A program made the position numbers and the translations under genes. A stretch of 10,231 nt of DNA from Oligoflexus sp. (GTDB lineage: Bacteria; Bdellovibrionota_B; Oligoflexia; Oligoflexales; Oligoflexaceae): NCBI GenBank assembly GCA_041736305.1, contig JBGSTX010000111.1, forward strand, positions 1 to 10,231, read 5' to 3'. How positions within the stretch are numbered: position 1 is the first letter of the stretch; each line of letters opens with the position of its first letter. This document shows, piece by piece, positions 8,344 through 10,231 of this stretch. The notes under the pieces are model-generated. The model was given only the letters and a program-made list of their open reading frames with translations, did not search any database and was not told the origin of the DNA.

Positions 8344-8439
8344 TGGCAAACACCTTTCTTTCCGCTGAAAATCTAGCGTGGCAACGGCTTTTTATCCGAA
8401 GCCGGACAAGCTGTCCACTGGAACTGGACAGGAGGCCGT

Positions 8440-8445
8440 GTTATA
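8440..8445 (-). promoter_or_regulatory. Possible -10 element for purA
   Basis: TATAAC on the minus strand, ~97 nt upstream of the purA ATG. No convincing -35 at 16-18 nt spacing. Confidence 0.22.
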
Positions 8446-8471
8446 GGACTGGGAATTACGTTCAGCTTGCG

Positions 8472-8500
8472 TTCACTCGCGAGCCTCAGCAAAGTATGCT
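8472..8500 (+). promoter_or_regulatory. Putative sigma70-type promoter for purB-lpxD
   Basis: TTCACT (8472-8477), a 17-nt spacer, and TATGCT (8495-8500); each hexamer matches consensus at 4/6 and the site ends 30 nt upstream of the purB start. Confidence 0.45.
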
Positions 8501-8530
8501 ACGGCATTCGGGATAAAGAAGGAGCTCCGC

Positions 8531-9946
8531 TTGAACGAGCAGGCCTGGGATCACAAGCTCTTCGCCCTATCCGCCATCGACGGGCGCTATCGAGACAAAC
8601 TTGAGCCGCTCGCTCCCTACATGAGCGAAGCCGGTCTCATCAAATATCGCATCCGCGTTGAAGCAGAGTGGCTGCTCTATCTCAGCAGCTGTTCCGGCGT
8701 GATGCAGGACCTCGTTCTGAGTCCTCGTATACGCACGTATCTCGAGCAGTTGGCCGCCAGCGTTCCAGATGCAGCATTCAGGCGTATCAAAGAGCTCGAA
8801 AAAACTACGAATCATGATGTTAAGGCTGTGGAATACTATCTGCGGGAGTCGTTGAGCGCTCTCGGCGCGGAATCGCAGACTCTGGCTTTCATCCATTTCG
8901 CCTGTACTTCGGAAGATATCAATAATCTCGCTTATGCTCTCATGCTGCATGAGGTACGGCGGGAGCAAGTTCTGCCTGAGATGGATCGGATTCTTAGCTG
9001 CCTCGATGGAATGGCACTTCGCTACCAGGATTTGGCTATGCTGGCTCGCACGCACGGGCAGAGCGCTTCACCGACGACCCTCGGCAAGGAACTCGCCGTC
9101 TTCGCTCATCGCCTGCGGAAGGCGCGGCAGAGTCTCAGCCAGCTGCAGCTTGAAGGCAAGATGAGCGGTGCGGTCGGCAACTACAATGCACACCTTGCTG
9201 CCTATCCAGATCTCGATTGGATAACGATCGCGGAGACTTTTATCGAGGGCAGACTCGGACTCAGTCAGAACCTGCTGACGACGCAGATCGAAAACCACGA
9301 CAGCATGGTCGAGTTTGCGGGCATTCTGCAGCGTTTCAATACTATTCTCATCGGTTTTGCCCGGGATATGTGGTCCTACATTTCAATCGATTATTTTAAG
9401 CAGGAGACCCGCGCCGGCGAAGTTGGATCTTCGACAATGCCGCACAAGGTCAACCCAATTGACTTTGAGAATGCGGAGGGCAATCTCGGTGTCGCCAACT
9501 CTCTGGCGGCTCATTTCATCGAAAAGCTACCTATTTCTCGTTGGCAGCGCGATCTCTCCGATTCTACTGTGCAAAGAACCTGGGGTACTCTTCTCGGGCA
9601 TACGCTACTCGGCTATCACTCTCTCCTCAAAGGTCTCGGCAAGGTCAGCCCCAATGCTGAGGCGATTCTGCAGGACCTCGCCGATTCTCCCGAAGTTCTG
9701 GCCGAAGCGATTCAGACCTGTATGCGGCGCTATGGAGTCGTAGATGCTTATGAACGTCTTAAAGAAGCCACGCGGGGGCAGAAAGTGAGTCGAGAGAGTC
9801 TCATCGCTTTGGTCGATTCATGTCGTGAATTGCCTCCCGCCGAAAAAACTCGCTTGAAGAAACTTAGTCCAGAAGCCTACGTTGGTTGTGCGGCGGAACT
9901 TGTTCAACGCTCTCTTCGCAGGACAGAAACGAATGCGTCTCGTTGA
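8531..9946 (+). CDS. purB: Adenylosuccinate lyase (E. coli-type PurB)
   Basis: ALSAIDGRY, TTNHDVKAVEY, IHFACTSEDINN, RTHGQ.ASPTTLGKE, GAVGNYNAH, TTQIE.HD, fumarate-lyase signature GSSTMPHKVNPIDFENAEGNLG, ISRWQRDLSDSTV. TTG start with AAGGAG 6 nt upstream. Confidence 0.98.
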   Translation: MNEQAWDHKLFALSAIDGRYRDKLEPLAPYMSEAGLIKYRIRVEAEWLLYLSSCSGVMQDLVLSPRIRTYLEQLAASVPDAAFRRIKELEKTTNHDVKAVEYYLRESLSALGAESQTLAFIHFACTSEDINNLAYALMLHEVRREQVLPEMDRILSCLDGMALRYQDLAMLARTHGQSASPTTLGKELAVFAHRLRKARQSLSQLQLEGKMSGAVGNYNAHLAAYPDLDWITIAETFIEGRLGLSQNLLTTQIENHDSMVEFAGILQRFNTILIGFARDMWSYISIDYFKQETRAGEVGSSTMPHKVNPIDFENAEGNLGVANSLAAHFIEKLPISRWQRDLSDSTVQRTWGTLLGHTLLGYHSLLKGLGKVSPNAEAILQDLADSPEVLAEAIQTCMRRYGVVDAYERLKEATRGQKVSRESLIALVDSCRELPPAEKTRLKKLSPEAYVGCAAELVQRSLRRTETNASR

Positions 9947-10231
9947 AATTGCTCAATATCTCGGCACCCCGATCGCCTTCGATGGATCGGGCGACCTAGC
10001 TTCGATTGAAATCACTAATGTCAAAGGCATCATGCAAGCTAGCGAAGGCAGTCTCAGTTTCCTCGGGAGCCCAGCTTTTGCAGCTCACCTGGCAACCACG
10101 ATGGCGACAGCTCTCATTACGCGGGAGCATCACCCAGCCTTCAAAGGGCCCCAGCTCATTCACAAAGATCCGCACTTTGCCCATGCAAAGGCCGCTTGGC
10201 TTTTTTACGAGCCCGATCATGGTGCCCGTGG
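9933..10231 (+). CDS. lpxD: UDP-3-O-(3-hydroxyacyl)glucosamine N-acyltransferase, N-terminal part (3'-truncated by the window edge)
   Basis: Manual translation from ATG 9933 is open to the window end: MRLVEIAQYLGTPIAFDGSGDLASIEITNVKGIMQASEGSLSFLGSPAFAAHLATTMATALITREHHPAFKGPQLIHKDPHFAHAKAAWLFYEPDHGAR. This matches the LpxD N-terminal domain pattern (L.EIA..L / I..V.....A..G.LSFL....Y/F...L.TT.A.A.I / DP..A.A....LF). AGGA lies upstream at 9920-9923. The hexapeptide repeats would lie beyond the window. Confidence 0.88.
   Translation, partial: MRLVEIAQYLGTPIAFDGSGDLASIEITNVKGIMQASEGSLSFLGSPAFAAHLATTMATALITREHHPAFKGPQLIHKDPHFAHAKAAWLFYEPDHGAR

Noticed and set aside
8110..8516. Plus-strand ORFs 8110-8376 and 8139-8516 as leader peptides or small genes
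   Set aside because: They mostly overlap purA on the opposite strand and have no recognisable features.
8344..8530. Known purine, ZTP or PRPP riboswitch in the purA-purB spacer
   Set aside because: I could not find the conserved aptamer cores by eye; an Rfam scan would be needed to exclude this formally.
9996..10220. 74-aa minus-strand ORF
   Set aside because: It is antisense to the lpxD frame, which has clear family motifs.
1..10231. CRISPR array, tRNA/rRNA, IS or transposase, prophage
   Set aside because: No regularly spaced repeats, cloverleaf-like sequence, terminal inverted repeats or mobility ORFs were seen, and all intergenic gaps are under 190 nt.

Overview
Ordinary, gene-dense bacterial chromosomal window from a Gram-negative organism (inferred from lpxD). 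Gene order: 3' part of an isoprenylcysteine carboxyl methyltransferase (ICMT/PEMT)-family membrane methyltransferase (+, cut by the left edge); a membrane-anchored class III nucleotide cyclase (-); a long-form Lhr helicase (-, 1483 aa); a signal-peptide-bearing dienelactone hydrolase family protein (-); purA (-) and purB (+) arranged head-to-head; and the 5' part of lpxD (+, overlapping purB by 14 nt, absent from the supplied ORF track, cut by the right edge). I found no RNA genes, mobile elements or CRISPR arrays, and I cannot support a new multi-gene system here. The best leads are modest: a cyclase with Val at the catalytic Asn position, the divergent purA/purB pair with repeated motifs in its spacer, the purB-lpxD coupling, and a possible Shine-Dalgarno-sequestering structure upstream of the hydrolase-lhr pair. 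All calls come from motif recognition by eye; no database searches were run.
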